Shown here: in pieces, positions 26,747 to 29,015 of the stretch
Numbering within the stretch: the first letter of the stretch is position 1
Layout of the letters: every line of letters starts with the position of its first letter
Origin: Bdellovibrionales bacterium
GTDB lineage: Bacteria > Bdellovibrionota > Bdellovibrionia > Bdellovibrionales > UBA1609
Direction of reading: 5' to 3'
Assembly (NCBI GenBank): GCA_020434645.1
Contig: JAGRAK010000001.1
Coordinates: forward strand, 1 to 29,015
Length of the DNA: 29,015 nucleotides
Program-made: the position numbers and the translations under genes
Notes under the pieces: model-generated
The model's input: the letters and a program-made list of their open reading frames with translations, nothing else
The model's database searches: none
What the model was told of the DNA's origin: nothing

Positions 26747-26877
26747 CTCCTTGCTTGCAAATATTTCACCGTGACGGAATTCAGCATTGGCTTTGAAAGC
26801 GTTATAGCCAAAATTAGCTCAGCTCAAAATGAAACCCTTTAGAGGTCGGCCTAGCAGTTGCTCATGTTTGAGCTGTT

Positions 26878-27996
26878 ATGAAATGTTTAAAAATTGCACT
26901 TTCAAAATTATGTATCCTATTGCTTACTGGCGTAACAATAGCCTCGCCTGCTTATGGTAAGTCTGTCGATATTGACATTATGCTTGAAGATATCGCGGCA
27001 GCAAAGGATGGGTCTAATATAGATCCTGCGCTTTCAGCCCAACTTAAGCAAAATTTTGATACTGAATCTGCAAGCGATGTGCAGATTATACCGACTACTA
27101 ATGAAGAGGTGGATCTACTCCAGGTCAATCATAAAATTATTTTTCAGATCGGCCCACCCAATATTACTACAAAAGAACAAGCTCAGTATAATGAGCTAAA
27201 AGAAGAAGAAAAAGATCGATTTCACACCGCTCGCCGAGAGCGTCTACGCAAACTTGCACAAATTCTGTCTGTACCGAAACTCACCAGCGGCTTTTTTGTA
27301 ACTTTAAAAAATAAAATAATTCGTCCAAAAGTGAATGCTGAAAATCAAGTGGAAGATCTCTCTATATATGAGAAATCAACCGTACTTAATAATTACAATT
27401 CGCGCCTCTGGAAGGTGGCTAAAAAGCTTGGTAAAACTAACAATGTTAAAGGGGTTAAAATATTAATTGGTATAAAGGCCTTTGCTGGAGTCAGAGAAAA
27501 GTTATCTACAGGACGAGCCGTCTTCGTGTCATTTGATATCGGCTACAATACCGAAACCAAGAGTCTAATGGTGAAAATTGATCGACAAATCGAGAAAATG
27601 ACTGATGGTATTGCACTTGAATTTACTGGCGCTGCCAAAGTGCAATATTACGAAACTCACCAGTCGGCAGATGAGAATCACACCGACAAAACAGAGACGA
27701 GAAGCGGAAAATCGTTTTACCCCCCTGGCTTCGGTATTGGCGTTGCCTCTACAGGCATTAGCTATGATAAAACAGACGACTATGTAAGTTCTGGTTTTTA
27801 TATTTCTGCTGGTTTAGACCCCTTGTTTCTTGGCTTGGGTATTAACGAGTTTGAGCAAGTCACCATGTATGAAAAAGAATTGCACCCAACATTTAAAATC
27901 TTCAAAAAATTCGCTCGCGTTTCTCGTTGGTTTACAGACACCTTTAGTTCTGAAGCTTCACTTGTTAAAAACCCCTGTATTGAATTATTAAAATAG
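26878..27996 (+). CDS. Hypothetical secreted protein
   Basis: 372 aa ORF, signal peptide ending AYG, helical N-half and beta-rich C-half. No family recognised. Confidence 0.7.
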   Translation: MKCLKIALSKLCILLLTGVTIASPAYGKSVDIDIMLEDIAAAKDGSNIDPALSAQLKQNFDTESASDVQIIPTTNEEVDLLQVNHKIIFQIGPPNITTKEQAQYNELKEEEKDRFHTARRERLRKLAQILSVPKLTSGFFVTLKNKIIRPKVNAENQVEDLSIYEKSTVLNNYNSRLWKVAKKLGKTNNVKGVKILIGIKAFAGVREKLSTGRAVFVSFDIGYNTETKSLMVKIDRQIEKMTDGIALEFTGAAKVQYYETHQSADENHTDKTETRSGKSFYPPGFGIGVASTGISYDKTDDYVSSGFYISAGLDPLFLGLGINEFEQVTMYEKELHPTFKIFKKFARVSRWFTDTFSSEASLVKNPCIELLK

Positions 27997-28042
27997 CCAA
28001 ATACTAAAAGTATGTAATATGCTCAAAGCATAGGGGATTACT

Positions 28043-28675
28043 ATGCTGCATTCTTTAGTCTTGCTTTGGTTTTCGTGGGTCCGTGACGGTGGTTACCTCG
28101 GCGTTTTTTTTCTTATGGCACTTGAGAGCACTATCGTGCCGATACCTTCAGAGCTAATCCTCCCACCGGCTGCGTTTTGGGCAGCACAGGGGCACATGAG
28201 TTTTTGGGGCGTAGTGGCCGCAGGAACGCTCGGTAGCTATGCGGGGTCTGCTGTTAGCTATCTGGCTTGCCGGTGGCTTGGCGGGCGCTTTCTGCACCAA
28301 TACGGCCGTTATGTATTATTGACTGACGAGAAGATTACCATGGCCGAGCGATTGGTGCGCGACCACGGCGCCTTCGGCATCTTCGTATCAAGAATGCTGC
28401 CTGTCGTGAGGCACCTTATTTCAATGCCTGCAGGCGTTTTTAAAATGGATTTTAAAATCTTTAGTCTGGTTACTTTATCCGGAGCCGGAATATGGTGTTA
28501 CATCTTAGCGCTCTGGGGACAGAAAATACTCGGGGCACACCCTGAGTTGTTAAATTCTCCTGAGCAGATGATGTCGGCTGTAAAATCTGAAATGATTTGG
28601 TTTGTGGCCGGGATAGCCGGCCTTGCACTTCTGTATTCTCTTGTGGTTTTTTATAAAAAATCATTGCGAAAATAA
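28043..28675 (+). CDS. dedA: DedA family membrane protein
   Basis: GYLGVFFLMALESTIVPIPSELILPPAAF, GTLGSYAG, SRMLPVVRHLISMPAG, TLSGAGIW. Confidence 0.94.
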   Translation: MLHSLVLLWFSWVRDGGYLGVFFLMALESTIVPIPSELILPPAAFWAAQGHMSFWGVVAAGTLGSYAGSAVSYLACRWLGGRFLHQYGRYVLLTDEKITMAERLVRDHGAFGIFVSRMLPVVRHLISMPAGVFKMDFKIFSLVTLSGAGIWCYILALWGQKILGAHPELLNSPEQMMSAVKSEMIWFVAGIAGLALLYSLVVFYKKSLRK

Positions 28676-28676
28676 C

Positions 28677-29015
28677 CTATGTGTCGTCAGGATCAACTGT
28701 GATTTCGTAGTTACCACCGATAGTTACTCTTACGCCTGGCCAATCAATTTTGTCAGAATAACCCAGCACTCCAGCAAGTACAGCTGCGTTGGGATGATTT
28801 GCCGAAAAATTAAATGGCGACAAAGATAGACTACCCAGTGCTGTAGCATTGATTTCAACGATATACCTATAATCCTTAATCTCAAGTATATCTCGCGCAC
28901 CATTTGCAAATCCCACTCCGGCAGCTTTTAAAGTCTGTCTATTTTTAGTTAAAGCAATACCGACAGTGATTGGTGAAATAAATTCTTTGATTAGAATTGC
29001 TACGTGTTGAACATC
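28677..29015 (-). CDS. C-terminal part of a hypothetical protein, truncated by the window end
   Basis: The frame of the 79 aa ORF stays open for 33 more codons up to base 29015 (DVQHVAILIKEFISPITVGIALTKNRQTLKAAG-VGFAN...). Confidence 0.7.
   Translation of the reverse strand, partial: DVQHVAILIKEFISPITVGIALTKNRQTLKAAGVGFANGARDILEIKDYRYIVEINATALGSLSLSPFNFSANHPNAAVLAGVLGYSDKIDWPGVRVTIGGNYEITVDPDDT

Noticed and set aside
28011-28021. TATGTAATATG shared upstream of dedA and rmuC (148-158)
   Set aside because: An AT-rich 11-mer containing a -10-like hexamer; chance or generic promoter similarity is sufficient.

Overview
A gene-dense bacterial chromosomal window of about 29 kb. The many secreted proteins, lipoproteins, beta-barrels and hydrolases suggest a Bdellovibrionota-like organism (inference from gene content, not a database result). 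Contents in order: rmuC; a reverse-strand four-gene envelope operon (TPR-like lipoprotein, NPA-motif outer-membrane barrel, S28 serine peptidase, BamC-like lipoprotein); an alpha/beta-hydrolase-fold protein; a CPA2 cation:proton antiporter; a cluster of DUF3015, DUF4105/Lnb-like protein and a small barrel, with a divergent alpha/beta hydrolase lipoprotein and a Cys-repeat protein; a barrel gene flanked by direct repeats next to a duplicated tRNA-Asn 3' end; tRNA-Asn(GTT); an S8 subtilase; tRNA-Arg(ACG); gmhA; tRNA-Ser(GCT); a barrel protein; an AlgJ-like/GT4/GT2/AlgI-like glycan O-acylation locus; a DNase I-like EEP lipoprotein; a hypothetical protein; dedA; and a gene truncated at the window edge. 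I saw no integrase, transposase, CRISPR array or rRNA. The strongest leads are the DUF3015-DUF4105-hydrolase module and the repeat architecture downstream of tRNA-Asn.
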